The translations under genes and the position numbers were made by a program. A stretch of 64,000 bases of DNA, taken from Lytechinus pictus (lineage: Eukaryota). The stretch covers positions 4,466,001 to 4,530,000 of the forward strand of contig NC_087252.1 in NCBI RefSeq assembly GCF_037042905.1, given 5' to 3'. Of this stretch, positions 39,746 through 53,302 are shown in pieces (position 1 is the stretch's first letter; the number at the start of each line of letters is the position of its first letter). The notes beneath the pieces are model-generated. The model was not told where the DNA came from. It saw only the letters and a program-made list of their open reading frames with translations, and made no database searches.

Positions 39746-39753
39746 ATATCCAG

Positions 39754-39909
39754 GGCTTTTTCTTTGATGGTGAAGGTGGTAACCCTTCAGCTGATTTCCA
39801 GAATGATGACGAGGAACTGATTCCAAGTAATGGCCTGGCATCGGAAGAAGCCCCAAAGTTTCGCCCAATCAGAGCAGTTTGGGCGGCTGTCCTTCAGATA
39901 ATCATCCTT
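39754..39909 (+). CDS. TMEM192: TMEM192 exon 2
   Basis: ccAG ... GTAAGT; GFFFDG...PKFRPIRAVWAAVLQIIIL (FRP motif before TM1). Confidence 0.88.
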
Positions 39910-40013
39910 GTAAGTCAATGATTTATCCACCTTAGATTATGTTGTTTGTTGTTTATTTATTTATTCATTGATTTATTAATTACTTATTACCTATTTACTT
40001 CTTTTCATTTATG

Positions 40014-40668
40014 TACAGTTGAGGCCAAAAGTTTACATACACCCATGGAATTCAGTGAAATTTGTTTGCTTGCCAAACATCGTAAAATTTACTATATCTT
40101 CAGAAATATAAATACTACCATGCAAAATTTGGTATTAGATGAAAAAGCGTATTAAGCTCTTTCACATGATTTGGATGGCATTGGGATCAAAGTATATTAC
40201 AGGTGGAATTTTCTTTGAAGAAAAAAAATAATATTCGTGCCAATTGTATTCTATTGTTTGTTATTATATTTTCAAACATCGTTTCATTTATATATAAATG
40301 TCAAATAAATGATTTATACTACATTTTCTATCATGATATGTCACCACTGAACAAAAAGAGCAATCTGATATGTTTGTGTTGAGAAGTAACTAGCACAAAT
40401 ATGAAATGTTTTTGTCGAGTTTTTATTTTGAATTTGTCTAAAATAGGAAGATTTTTTGGAGAAAAATAACACCTAAATATGTTTCAGCTCTTCATGATAA
40501 AGCAATGTGATGAAGGGGCATGACTACTCATTTGTTTTATATTGAATTCGTCATAATAGCACAAATATTTTATAAGATACAGTAAATTTTATGATGTTTG
40601 GCAAGTGTCAACTTTTCTTTAAATTTCCTGGGTGTATGTATGTATGTAAACTTCTGGCCTCAACTGTA
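40014..40668. mobile_element. Non-autonomous Tc1/mariner element with TA duplication
   Basis: TA-CAGTTGAGGCCAAAAGTTTACATACAC ... TATGTAAACTTCTGGCCTCAACTG-TA; a second copy lies at 49819-51059. Confidence 0.85.
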
Positions 40669-41079
40669 TTTATTTATCTATCTATCTATCTTTAGATTCA
40701 TTTTTTTAATTCATTTATTTATATACTTATTTATGTATCTATTTATGTAATTATTTATTTATTGGGTATTGAAAGATCTTTTCCTTAATATTGTATTAAT
40801 TAGCAATCAATATCTAGCCTACTGTAAGTTGAGATAATTAATCATGTAATATTTATTATACATGGTGTGTTTTTATATTTTTTATACATATAAAATATAA
40901 AACAATATCAATAGTGAGAGCATTTGTATTGTGCTGTTTATATTTTGTCAGTTTGTGAGTACATGATTCCTGGAATATATTAATGAGGTTAACTTAGATG
41001 TGTCATAAAAAAAAGAATTAGATTTTACATGTTATCTTCTTCATAAATCTTTTAATATTATTAATTATATCATCACCTA

Positions 41080-41389
41080 CATGGGCGGAAATGTCTCCCA
41101 AAGGTAGGGGGACCAGGGGCTGGAAACTTTGACAAGCAAAAAAAGGTTATCACCAAAAATGTAAGGTCATTTTAACCAACAAATTTAAACGAGCAAAAAA
41201 AAAATGTTTTCACCAAAAATGAATGGTAATTTCGTCATTTAGTCCAAAATATATATGTATTATTTCGATTGCGAATGATGTATTTTTCTCCATCATTACA
41301 AAAAAGAATAGTAGGGGGGACACTTGATATTGTGTCCCCCTACGATTTTGAGTAGGGGGGATGCGTCCCCCCTGGGATTTCCGTCCATG
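41080..41389. mobile_element. hAT-like MITE
   Basis: TIR CATGGGCGGAAAT / ATTTCCGTCCATG with a perfect 8-bp duplication ATCACCTA. Confidence 0.85.
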
Positions 41390-41687
41390 ATCACCTATAG
41401 TCTTATCTCTCATAATGCATTGGTGACACATTTGCTCAGACTGCAACATTTGTTGTGGTCTTAATAGGGCATAGGGTTATAGTTTGGATTGTAATAGAGT
41501 TTTTGGTTCAGAATAATGTCAAGATAAGGATCAGAGTTTATTTAGTTTTGAAGGTTAGGTTTTATGTTTGGCTTAGCGTACAGATTTTCTATCAGAGCAA
41601 TTGCCGCATATATCATGGAACCAATTCATTAACTTGTACATTAATTTTGTGATGATATTCCTTGCACTCCTTATCTCTTATACACAG

Positions 41688-41934
41688 GTCGCCCATGAGG
41701 TCATAACCATTCTCCTACCGTATGTCATCATCAAGCAAACCTCAGACATCCAGCAGCAGAGATCCCATAGCTTCATCATCATCGTCTATCTCCAGACGTG
41801 TGTCTGGCTTATTCTGCTCATGTTTGAGCGCTATCTTCACTTTGCTCACAGGCGGTCCATGCGGCATGGCTACCTTCAGTTCTATCGCAAGACGCAGAAA
41901 TTGAAAAGGGTTCCGCTCTATATGATATCAATAG
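41688..41934 (+). CDS. TMEM192: TMEM192 exon 3
   Basis: cacAG ... GTAAAG; ...ERYLHFAHRRSMRHGYLQFYRKTQKLKRVPLYMISI(G), the conserved TMEM192 GY..FYR motif. Confidence 0.92.
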
Positions 41935-42417
41935 GTAAAGTTATCTTGGTCTTTATCTCAATGCTGAGTGGTTGATCTTAGGTTGATTTTTTTAACGATT
42001 GATTGTATTAATCATGAACAACAGGGGTGTGAGATTTCAGATTTTTCCTTCCTTTTATTAGCTATTTTCCCCAGCTTTTTAGTGAATATCGTCTAATCAA
42101 AACATAGGAGCTTTTACAGTTTCAGGGTTTTCTCAGCTCTGTTTTAATCGGAGGTCACTCACAGTTTACAGCTCCTGGTGCAAGGTATCACATAAATCAA
42201 TTTTACAAATAATTGCTAAGCTCTTTTTTAATAGGATCCTGTTTTGGGTTTCCTCAGTATCTACCTAGATTGTTCTCAGCGCACTACAGCACTGGTAGAG
42301 AGGGGAGCAAAAAGAGAGCATCAGAATCTCAATAATGCTTATCTTATCTATAACTTTTGTACATAAAACTATATTCAAAGTTATAAATCCATATTGTGTT
42401 TGATTTGATGTATGTAG

Positions 42418-42555
42418 GTAATGCAGCTATATTAGTCCTTTGTGGATTCTTTATGGATAATTCATCAGCAACCCATCTCTGGCCGGTCATGTATGCACAG
42501 ATCATTGTATCAATAGAAGTCATTCTCGCTCTAGCTGGTCTGATCAGGTACATGG
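42418..42555 (+). CDS. TMEM192: TMEM192 exon 4
   Basis: tgtAG ... GTAAGT; NAAILVLCGFF...QIIVSIEVILALAGLIRYM. Confidence 0.9.
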
Positions 42556-42664
42556 GTAAGTCACAGAATGACCTTAGATAGCTGTGTTATAGGGCTGCCT
42601 CTCACCAGGGAGGAGAGAGGGGAGGGGCACTCACGTATAGTGGCAGTATGGGTATACAAGACCC

Positions 42665-43263
42665 TTAAAGGAGAATTAAACCTTTGGGTCAAGATAGCTT
42701 GTGTGAAAACAGAAAAATCAAAGAAACAGATCAACGAAAGTTTGAGAAAAATTTGACAAATAATGCGAAAGTTATGAGCATTTGAATATTGCGATCACTA
42801 ATGCTATGGAGATCCTCAAATTGACAATGCGACAAAGATGTGTGATGTCACTTGTGAACAACTCTCCCCATTACTTTAGCATATACATGTATTTCACTTA
42901 AATTGCCTCTTTTATCACATCTATCAGTAGATCATGTGTTCTTTCTAGAGGAGGGCATGTAATACAGATTTTTAAAGGATACATCATGGATAAAGAGTTT
43001 GTATCACAATAAGAAAAAGCAAAAAGAGACATTTTGGTGGTATTTTATAGTCCATCAAAGGGAAAGTTGTTAACATGTGACACCACTCATCCTTGTGGCA
43101 TTGCCAATGGGAGGATCTCCATAGCATAAGTGATTGCAATATTCAAATGTTTATAACTTTCTCATTATTTGTCCGATTTTTCTCAAACTTTCTTTGTTCT
43201 TATTCTTTGATTTTTCTGTTTCGACACACGCCTAATTGTTCCAAAGGTTTATTTCCCCTTTAA
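42665..43263. mobile_element. Kolobok/T2-like MITE related to 1088-1678
   Basis: TTAA-AGGAGAATTAAACC ... GGTTTATTTCCCCT-TTAA; shares arm sequence with the 1088 copy. Confidence 0.8.
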
Positions 43264-43915
43264 TAGTATTAATACCTCCTTTTCACTCCTTGCCAGCAGT
43301 TCCCAAGCATGTATGTTTTTCACCCCTTTTTTACGACCATACCGTTCTCTCTCGGTCCTTAGGTTAGCCCCTCATTTCAGGCTTTGGTTCAAGAAGATCA
43401 CCATTCCATATTAAATTCCAGTTCCTGAACACCCATGTTTGCAGAGGGCCATCAAGTTCTTAAGCCCCTTATTTCATAGCATTTTCATTTCTAGGGGTTA
43501 GGTTTCAGATTTTGGGGCTGCACACCCCTACCCTCTCCAAATCCGAGTGCTCCCCCCCCCCCCTTTGATTTCTAAAATCCGAATTATTTTGGCTGATTAC
43601 AGTGAAACTTGCCTTTGTGACTTCTTGTAGGTTTTCAGCTTGATCGATGCTCATTGACTTTCATTCTAACCTTGGGTTTGATTTGATCTCTGGTATACAA
43701 TCATGGTTAACTATGGATAGCCAATTGTGACACAAATATCTAACAGTTCAATTTACTAGTATCAGCTTGTTTTACACTCAAATCATTCAAAAATATGTAT
43801 CGAAATGACAACTGAAATATTTTTTTCAGCATTAGAATAACCTTTAATGGTTTGTCACCTGATGGAAAATTGGAAATTCAACTTAAGCATTTCACTAATT
43901 TCATTCTTTTGATAG

Positions 43916-44024
43916 TGCTCGTGTATCGCTTCAACCAAACACAATCTTTACCAGATGTAGAACAAGAAGAATTCAATGCCTCAATTACACAGCCATCAGC
44001 TACAGTACCTGATATTGGATATAG
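43916..44024 (+). CDS. TMEM192: TMEM192 exon 5
   Basis: gatAG ... GTAAGA; (V)LVYRFNQTQSLPDVEQEEFNASITQPSATVPDIGY (FN...PDV motif). Confidence 0.9.
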
Positions 44025-45798
44025 GTAAGAAACTCTCTCTCTTTCTCTCTCTTTCCTTTTCTCTCTCTTTCCATCTCTATATCTGTGTCTCTCTCCCATC
44101 TTTCTAACTCTCCATTACCTCTCTTCTTCTCTCCATCTTATCTGTCACCTCCCTCTCTATTTTTTTCCTCCCCCCTCCCTATCCCTCTTTCTCTCTTTCT
44201 CCTCCCTTATTACACAATATACTTGGAGCTCCCTTGTAAATGTCCTTTACACCTGTATTGGATTAAAATGATCAGCATTCTTTACATATTTGATTTGATA
44301 TCTTATTTTGATTTATACTGTTTTGTAACACCCCTCTACCTACCAAGGCAGCCATTTTTTTTTTTTTTGGGGGGGTGGTTCTTCTTCTTTATTTCCATCA
44401 TGTAAAACAACTCTTAACAATATATGAAATGCATGCAATAATATTCATATTCTTACAATAAATTACAAGTGAGCTTGCAGAATAATGTACAATGTCTTTC
44501 AATTAAATAAAGAAAGAATCGGTATAACATACCAATTATCTAAATTGAAAATGAAAAATAAGGCAACTGACAGTTTGCCAAGCATTGTTTCGTGAAACTT
44601 GTGATGAATGTCAAGAAATAGACACAAGCAATTGCAAAAATGAACAGAATACAAAATCATATGCATTTTCACTTTTTTATTTTGACCAAGGAGGTTTCAA
44701 ATGAGATGGAGTAACAGCAAATAAAATCTCTTTGAACAAGGTTAAAAGCCACCAGCAGAAAGTATGTCAGGCATGCACTTTGCTCAACATCTCTTGCAAT
44801 TGTGTAGACAAATGATTCCCGCATGACTCCTCAGCTATAAGTCATACATAAAGGGAAATATGCTTCTGTGATGATAATTACTTTTTCGCCGCATCTTGGT
44901 CTGGTTATATGTGTAGTACATAATTCGGAGGCATGCGAAAATATGCAATATGTCCTGAAATATGACTCAAATTTGCTCGACTGGGCATGTGCGGGCACTC
45001 ATCTGGCATATACAGTAATGAACAACAATATTCCACCGACCACATTTGAAATTTTTATTCGCCGCAAACAATCGGAAAGTGTTAAAATCTGGTTTCAGTA
45101 AAGGTCAAATTCTTTCTTTTTTCACTAATTAAAGGTTAATTGATAAAGTCTTGGCAAATATCTCGTCGTAACAGTGCTTGGTTATTGATGTTTTGTCATG
45201 CATTCACATTTCAGTTTGTTTATTAATATGAAAGATGGAAAATTGATACAAATGGATATTCGTAAAATTTCACCCCTCGGATTTCTTCACTGAAACTGGC
45301 GGCTTCGAAGGCGGACATCAAAAGGTCCTTATTGCCGTTCTTTCTTTTTTGCTTCTTTAGAAATGAACAGCTGGTTTGAATAAATTTGTTGCCTGTTGGA
45401 ACTCCAGTCATAGAATCTTCTTGTTTTGACTGATCATTATTTTACTTAATCATCACTTCATTGGCACATTTGCTGAGACAAATGCAAGTCAGGAAAATTT
45501 GAAAATAGATTTTTTTTTGCCAGCTAAGTTGACTGATTTTAGTATCTTTTCACACTTTTTACACTGATGCTTTTTGCACTTACCTTGTATGTGATGGACA
45601 ATAAAACAGAGCCTTGCCTTTACTTATGTTTAATCATAATTTATCTCTCATAATCACAGTCATCCACCACATCAGGTATGGAGACCTACTATTTAATTCT
45701 TCAAATAACATCAAATGATGTTAATTTTTGGTAAAACTGTTTCCTCCTCCTTCTCTCACTCCCTCTCATTCTTTCATTTCTTTTTCTCTCTTTTTCAG

Positions 45799-45961
45799 GG
45801 ACATGGGCTATTTGGAAAACTTACTGGAGCGGCAAGCAGACATGATCCACTATCTCAAACTACACACTGCATATCTCAGTAAAAAGATCCTACGGCTGAC
45901 ACGGCTGACACGGCTCACACATCCGTCTGGTGGGAATGCACTCAACAGTATGCAAGCCTAG
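45799..45961 (+). CDS. TMEM192: TMEM192 exon 6 (last)
   Basis: ttcAG acceptor; (R)DMGYLENLLERQADMIHYLKLHTAYLSKKILRLT...MQA*. Confidence 0.92.
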
Positions 45962-48900
45962 ATGTGTTTTCACCACAAACGTAATTAAACTTACATGTAC
46001 CTGTACACTAACTGGTATCTTTCTGAGAATGGTATTTAAAGCATGTAAGTTTAGGCTGTTCACACTATCAAAAGGCGATACTTGATGGGTAGATTATACA
46101 TGTACATGTAGGTCTTGAGATGAGCTATATCATAGTCTAGAACGTTTTTGATAGTACACATTTGCTATCCTTGCCATTGCGCAAGTGATATATGGTAATG
46201 AAATGTATGTAGGTTGGATAATTTGTGCATGACAAATTCATATAAAGCCAAGGTACGCATGAAATATAGTCATATACATGTATAGTAATGGTATCAGCAT
46301 GCATTACTTTGACTCCTACATTTCGTATCATATTGGACTGACTTGATGACACAACAATGAGGGCGCTTGATAAATGTCATTGATACCCCAATCTAATAAA
46401 TTTATTCAGCTCATGCAAATAGTTTGTCAAATCGTATAACACATGCCTATTGCTGTCATATAAAATGTGCATACAGAGATTTAGAATTTCTCTCAAGAAT
46501 TATATCCCTCTTGGAACTACACCCCCTCGTCACATGTAATCCACCCAAGAAATGTAATGAATTGAAATATAATTATCAGGTATTTAGAGCTTTTAATCAA
46601 GTTCCCTTGAGTTACTTACTTTTTTCTGATCTGGCAGATGTGAAAATGCCATTTTAGGTGCAAATGCATGTCGAAAAGGGCAACTATTACAAAATTTACT
46701 AATGTCAAGAAATTTAATTGTTCATCATTGTACATTTGGATGTTGATATGTAGTGTAATGCCAATTGTACTTGTCTAAATATCATTCTCATTTTTTTTAT
46801 TTACAGGGGGCGTGTAGTATTCTCTGTTTTCTGTTTAATAAAAGGATGAAATTGGAAAGAAACCTATTGAATTTTACTATGTATCTTGCTTGCTATGAAG
46901 ATTCTAAATCTAAATTTGTGTTTTTGTTTGTAAATGTTATGTATATAAAACTAGCTGGGCTAGACTATTTGAAAATTCCATTGACTGTGAACTCTCCCTT
47001 ATTGCTGCATACAAAGATTGCTGCAATGCATGGTATTTCTAATTTTGATTGTTAATCACACGCTTCAATTATTACTTCGATTTTGAAGGCATTCTTATTT
47101 GCCCCTCCTGGGGCTTGTTTCATAAAGACTTGTTTTGATAAAAATGCACAGTTTCTATAACAAGTTTATGATCAGCCAATCAAATTGAATTATTTCAGTA
47201 GCTTTAAACTGTTATTGCAAATTGGTTATTATAACAATTTTTGTTAAAACACCTTTGAGTTCTGAGATTGCATTCAGCTGCTTTTGTCCAATCGCACACA
47301 ATTGCAGCCTAAGGCAACACAACTCAATTAAATGATTTAATTAAATCATTTAATTAATCATCAATTAAGTAATATGAATATGGTATATCTTCTGTGTAAT
47401 ATGATTATAATAATGTTAATGTATTGTATGTTTGTGATGGACCTGCCTGTGTTCAGAAAAGAACAATGGACCTGGTATATTTGTCAACATTAACTTTATC
47501 TTGAATTTAATAAAGTCATGATTACAATCAAATTCGAGTTCAATCCACAGACTAATCTCAGGCTTTGCATTCTAACCGGGAGTTTGATATTTTTTTCAAA
47601 TATCAACAACTGAGCAAAACCAAAGATTTATATGAGCAAAGACAAGTGGCGAAGAGTATATATGGGCAAGGATACACGAGGACGAGCAACAGTGAGCAGT
47701 CTACACAGGGATAAAGTGTAGCAGTCTACACAGGCAGCATGATTTTCCTTGAATTACCTCGATTTAGCTCGCATCACCTCGCTTTACTGCATGAAACTTT
47801 GAATGAGCTCCAACGATCTCGTAGACAAAAGTGTGATTACAATTTACAACTGAATATTTTGCTGCGTTAGGATGCGTATTGATGTTTTTTGGTTAACACA
47901 GCAATATGCAGCTTACAATGTAAAGGTTTGATGCAGGCTTGGTAAAGTTTTGTTAAAACATACATATGCCTGGTACTGATAAAATGAATGTGAGCAGAAA
48001 ATGTTTTTTAATTAATGGTGTTTGTTTAGTTTTGTTGGTCATGATCTTGTTTGTCCATGAATTGCAATTCGTTTTGTACTTTATTGATTAGTTTGTTGAT
48101 TTTTGTGGTTCTCAATGTTATAAATAACAATATTTCATTTTTATATTGAATGAACCTTAAAAGTAAAGTGCATGTTAAATTTGTGCATGTTTTTTTTTTA
48201 TGTATGATGTCTGATTTATTTATTTCCATTTCAATGTGAAGAAAATTGTACAAAGTAGATTTATATAAGAAGTACAGTAAAAATAGTACAGATGTTAAGC
48301 ATATCAGTGTTTATGATAAGTAACGTCAAAGACAAAAGGGAGGGTATGTTGCAAAAGAAATGCTTGTAAATTTTATGTCCTAAGAACTTAGTTCAGCAAG
48401 ATATATAAACATATGAATAGTGTTGGAAGTAATACATTGTGTTAACCTTGATACAGAAATATTCATAGCCGTTTTCTTGCAGCAATTTTGTAATATGAAT
48501 GAAATTTGTCTTTTGCTAAAAACCATTATTCATAAAAAAAGAGAATGTAATTGTAATTGTTTAAATTAATGATAGCGGATATTGGATGTTTTCTTTCGAA
48601 AATATAAAGATTTAATCAGTAATTTGTTTGTGTTGATTGATAAGTGGTTTTCTTGTGTTTGAAATTATAAAGCAAGGTAGTATGGTAATAGAGTGAAGAG
48701 AGAAGAAATTTGCGTACTGTTAGGCCATTATGAGATTATCTCATGTTGCTGGGTTGTTAAAACCTTTTACATCTCAAAATTAAAAACAGCGTAGAAAAAA
48801 AGCTGTATTTTAGAAATATGGCAATGTTGGCAACCTAATATTGTCTTTAAAAAAAGTCTTTTAATTCCTGGAGATAACTCTTTCGAGGCAACAGAAGGTT

Positions 48901-49818
48901 GCTACTTATGTCTTAACTCCAAAATCTAACTTTTTCTGAGTCACCTCATTTGTATTTCAATTTTGAGAAATATCGGTTATAAAACTGCCATATTTCTTGT
49001 ATAGGACTGATAGTAAAATCTTGTCTTGTATTGGGCCAATACAATGATGTCTAAAATAATTGCATAAGTTAATTGGATAGTGTATGGAATTTGATTCCAG
49101 TTCAATTTCTCATCCAAAGGATACTTGAGAAAGAGAAGTGAGAAAGAGAGAAGTGAGGGGAGCAAAGGGGAAGGGTGACAGGGGGAAGAAGAAAATGAGG
49201 ATTAGAGTGGGAAGGGGGGGGGGGCATGGGAGGAGGTGGAGAAGAGAGATACAAAATAAAGAGAGGGAGATCTGGGAGAGGTGAGAGAGGATCAAGGGAG
49301 ATTAGAGATATGGATGAGTGGATTGTTAGAAGAAGGGTAAATGGGCAGTCATCCCTGCCCCCTATATCTGCATCCCCGATTATCTCATCACCATTATAAT
49401 CATCACCCTCATGATTCATCATTATCATCACCACCACCATCATCAGCATACATGTATCACCATGTCTGTTTATCTGTATACACTTTCCTATATTTTTCCA
49501 TTCGTACTGCGAACATTCTTTAACTTTACTAGAATAGGGGTATTATCTATGTGACTTTGTAATCTGGGAAGTTCTCATGATGTTACGCGATCTTTGGCAT
49601 CTGTATCTATTAGGACCAAATTTGTAATGCCCATGTACATCATGGTTCCATACATGAATAGAATGGCACATCAAGTTCCAAGGCTCAAACAAACAACAAT
49701 ATAAGATCATTATAGATTTTATGTTGCTTTTGTAGCTTTATTTTACAAATTTCCAATTTTGGCAGTTACAAAACAGACACACTCCACATCACAATACTTT
49801 TTTTATTAAACAGGTATG

Positions 49819-51059
49819 TACGATTGAGGCCAAAAGTTTACATACACCCATGGAATTCAGTGAAATTTGTTGGCTTGCCAAACATCGTAAAATGTACTAG
49901 ATCTTCAGAAATATAAATACTACCATGACGAATTTGGTATCAAATTATAGTGTATTAAGCTCTTTAACATGATTGGGATGCCGTTGGGATTAAAGTACAT
50001 TTCAGGTGGAATTTTCTTTGAAGAAAAAAAATGTAATATTCGTGCAAAAAAGTATTCTATTGTTTGTTATTATATTTTCGAACATCGTTTCATAGAAATA
50101 TATAAATGTCAAATCTATGATTTATACTCCATTTTCTATCATGATATGTCACCACAGAACAAAAAAAGTCTAATCTGAAATGTTTGTGTTGAGAACTAGC
50201 AAAAATATGAAATGATTTTGTCAAGTTTTTAATTTGTCTAAAATATGAAGATTTTTTGGGGAAAATGACACCTAAATATTTTTCAGCTCCTGATGACAAA
50301 GCAATGTGATGAAGGGGCATGATATACTCATTTGTTTGATATCAAATTCGTCATGATAGCACAAATATTTTTTATAAGATATAGTAAATTTATGACGTTT
50401 GGCAAGTGTCAACTCTTCTTTGACTTTCCTGGGTGTATGTAAACTACTGGCCTTAAAGGGGAATCCAACCCAAATAAAAACTTATTTTTATAAGAAAAAG
50501 AAAAATCAGACAAGTTGATAGGTGAAAGTTTGAACAATATTGGACAAACAACAAGAAAGTTATGAATTTTTAAAAGTTGTAAATATTGGTAATCACTATA
50601 CCCATGGAGACTTCAAATTGGCCGCATATGGGATGTCATAGTGATGTAAGGCAAGGACTACTCTTCCATGTACTCCAATACATATTATGGCTAAAATGTC
50701 ATTTTTCCCAAAAGTTTTATTTCAAATTACATTTTTCTTTCATGAGGATATAAAACAATATACTACCTGGGTTATATTTAGATTACTGCCCCAGGGGAAT
50801 TGGTACTTAGGAGAAAACCACAAATCCCTGATAATAAAGTACATGGCCTATGGGAAAGTTGTCCTTGCCCTTGTCATAATTTACTTACCCAGTTGCCAAT
50901 TTTAAATCTACATACTATTAATGATCTCAATTTTAAAGCAGCTATAACTTTCTTATTGCTTGTCCGATTTCTTTCAAACTTTCACCATTCTGTTCAATTT
51001 ATTTTTTTCCTTCCCAACACAACATTTTATGGCCAAGGCTGGATTCCCCTTTAACTGTA
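49819..51059. mobile_element. Second Tc1-like non-autonomous copy, right TIR interrupted by a Kolobok-like MITE
   Basis: Colinear with 40014-40668; the right end reads GGCC-TTAA[insert]TTAA-CTG-TA. Confidence 0.8.
50453..51054. mobile_element. Kolobok/T2-like MITE
   Basis: TTAA-AGGGGAATCCA ... TGGATTCCCCT-TTAA. Confidence 0.85.
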
Positions 51060-51096
51060 TTATGCTGTATGCTAACAAACACTAAAGAGCAAAAAA

Positions 51097-51686
51097 TTAA
51101 AGGACAAGTGCACCCGAAAAAAGTTGATTCAAATAAAAAGAGAAAAATCCAACAAGCATAACACTGAAAATTTCATCAAAATCTGATGGAAAATAAGAAA
51201 GTTATGACGTTTTTAAGTCTTGCTTAATTTCACATAATAGTTATATGCACATCCCCGTCGGTATGCAAATGAGGGAACTGGTGACATCACTCACTCACTT
51301 TTTCTTTTCTATTTCATTATATGAAATATTCTAATTTTCTCCTCATTGTCCTGTGAAAAAAAGTTTTATTTTTGCCTGAACATGTGGAATTACCATTGTT
51401 TAACATTATATGGTTCAGTCAAGTTGGTCCTTAATGTCTTGAAATAATGTATAAATCAAACAATAAAAAACAAAAGAAATAGTGAGTGAGGGGCATCATC
51501 GAATCTCACATTTGCATGTAACTAAATTGTGCATTTACTATTTTTTTTGAAAAATAAGCGAAAGTTTTAAATGTCATAACTTTCTTATTTTACATCCAAT
51601 TTTGATGAAATTTTCAGCATTATGCTTGTCTGATTTTTCTCTATTTATTCAAATCAACATTTTTCTGGGGTGGACTTCATCTTTAA
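51097..51686. mobile_element. Kolobok/T2-like fold-back MITE
   Basis: TTAA-AGGACAAGTGCACCC ... GGGTGGACTTCATCT-TTAA with long inverted arms; a partial copy starts at 35485. Confidence 0.75.
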
Positions 51687-52649
51687 AATTAAAAATAGGG
51701 GGTATGGGAATATATGCCAATGTATTCTTGATATGCCTATTGGGATAGAGGGCCCAAGCTATGACAGATAATGCATTTATACTAAAGACACTTGCTAGAG
51801 AAAGAGTTCTAAATCAGTTTTGTTGAAAGTGCAACATTTGCTATCAGTAATATGTACGGTTCCTTTATGCAACATGCATAGCGAGCAAAGCATACAACAT
51901 AATGGCATGGTATAAGGGGCCCCCTGGCAAGCTTTTGAATGAGGCCTTTTAATTGGCCCTAAAACTGCTATAATTTAAGTAAACAACATACATAAAGTCT
52001 ACAAATTCAACACAATTAATGAAAAAATATATATATTTTATTCATTTTTGTTTTCAAATCCGCTTTCCATGCACACAACATGGCACGTGCATTTCTTATT
52101 AAGAAACCTGCATGCGAAAGCAATGACCTAGCTTGTGTCCTTAAATTGGAAAAAACACAAGAAGCGAAATAATCCCTTTACAGAAACTATGATAGTGTAC
52201 ATGTAAGGATCTATCAAAAAATACGATTCTTGAACAAACATAAGGGAATGACCTTCAATTGAAGAGAGCTGCAGTTGCATTGTCAGACAGTCCCAGATCT
52301 TCAATAACAAGAGCTTCATGTTGTTTTGGTGAAGGACATTTCATTATTTTTTCTTTAGCTCGCTTTTATTGAATAAGGTAAAAAAAAAAAAGATTCTTGA
52401 ACAAATGACCGAATGTTCTTCTGTCACATATGGTAGCAGATTGCCGTCGACCTTCAGTAATGAGAGCTCCATGCTGCTTTGGTGAGTGACCTTTCATGAT
52501 TTTCACTTTTTCATTCTATGATGTCGAAAAATATAATTCTTGATTTAAAAAAAATCATGGAATAACCTTCTATCAACGCCAGTTACAGTTACATATACAG
52601 ACTTTGTATGAAGAGAGCTCCATGTTCTGGTGAGTGGTGTACCCAGTAT

Positions 52650-52699
52650 TCATCCGGTATCATTGAGTGTGAGGACAGAAGCAAGTGCCTTGGCATAAG
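52650..52699 (-). CDS. CCDC15: CCDC15 exon 8 (last)
   Basis: ttcAG; (A)YAKALASVLTLNDTG*. Confidence 0.85.
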
Positions 52700-53153
52700 C
52701 TGAAATGGAGAACGAAAGTAATAAAAAATTTGATTACATGAGAACTAAAATAGAATCGTAACTACTTACTTTTCTTTTTAAATTGCAGATTTCAAATAAT
52801 ATCTACCTAAAAATAGTGAACCAATGACAATAGTTACATTTATATAGTGCTTCATACATAATGTTTTTAATGCTTAACATTGCAATTATTCAATTCCATT
52901 CAATTTATTCAAATTCCTTTCAATAAAAACACAAGATACAATATCAGAGAAATACATAATTGGTAACAAAGCAATTAAATATACATTAATACAAAATGAA
53001 ATTTGGGAGAATGTAAAAGACCGAAACAGCTTGACGAGGCAGACCCCGAGTGCCATCATGGCAATACATACATTGGCATGATGAAACAAAACAAAAGAAA
53101 TAAAAGACTGGATCAAATTGATACTGAATCAACCATATTTATAACTGTCATAC

Positions 53154-53302
53154 CTTTAGGATTCTTATAGAAGATGCAGTTATTAGCACACGTCTCTGGA
53201 TTGGCATCCCATACAGATGGTCCGCAGGCACACAGGGGCGGAGGAGTGATGCCTAATAACTTGATACGCTCTTTCATCATTGCTCGCAGTGCATGGATAA
53301 AC
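53154..53302 (-). CDS. CCDC15: CCDC15 exon 7
   Basis: tacAG ... GTATGA; FIHALRAMMKERIKLLGITPPPLCACGPSVWDANPETCANNCIFYKNPK, the conserved Cys-rich CCDC15 C-terminus. Confidence 0.93.
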
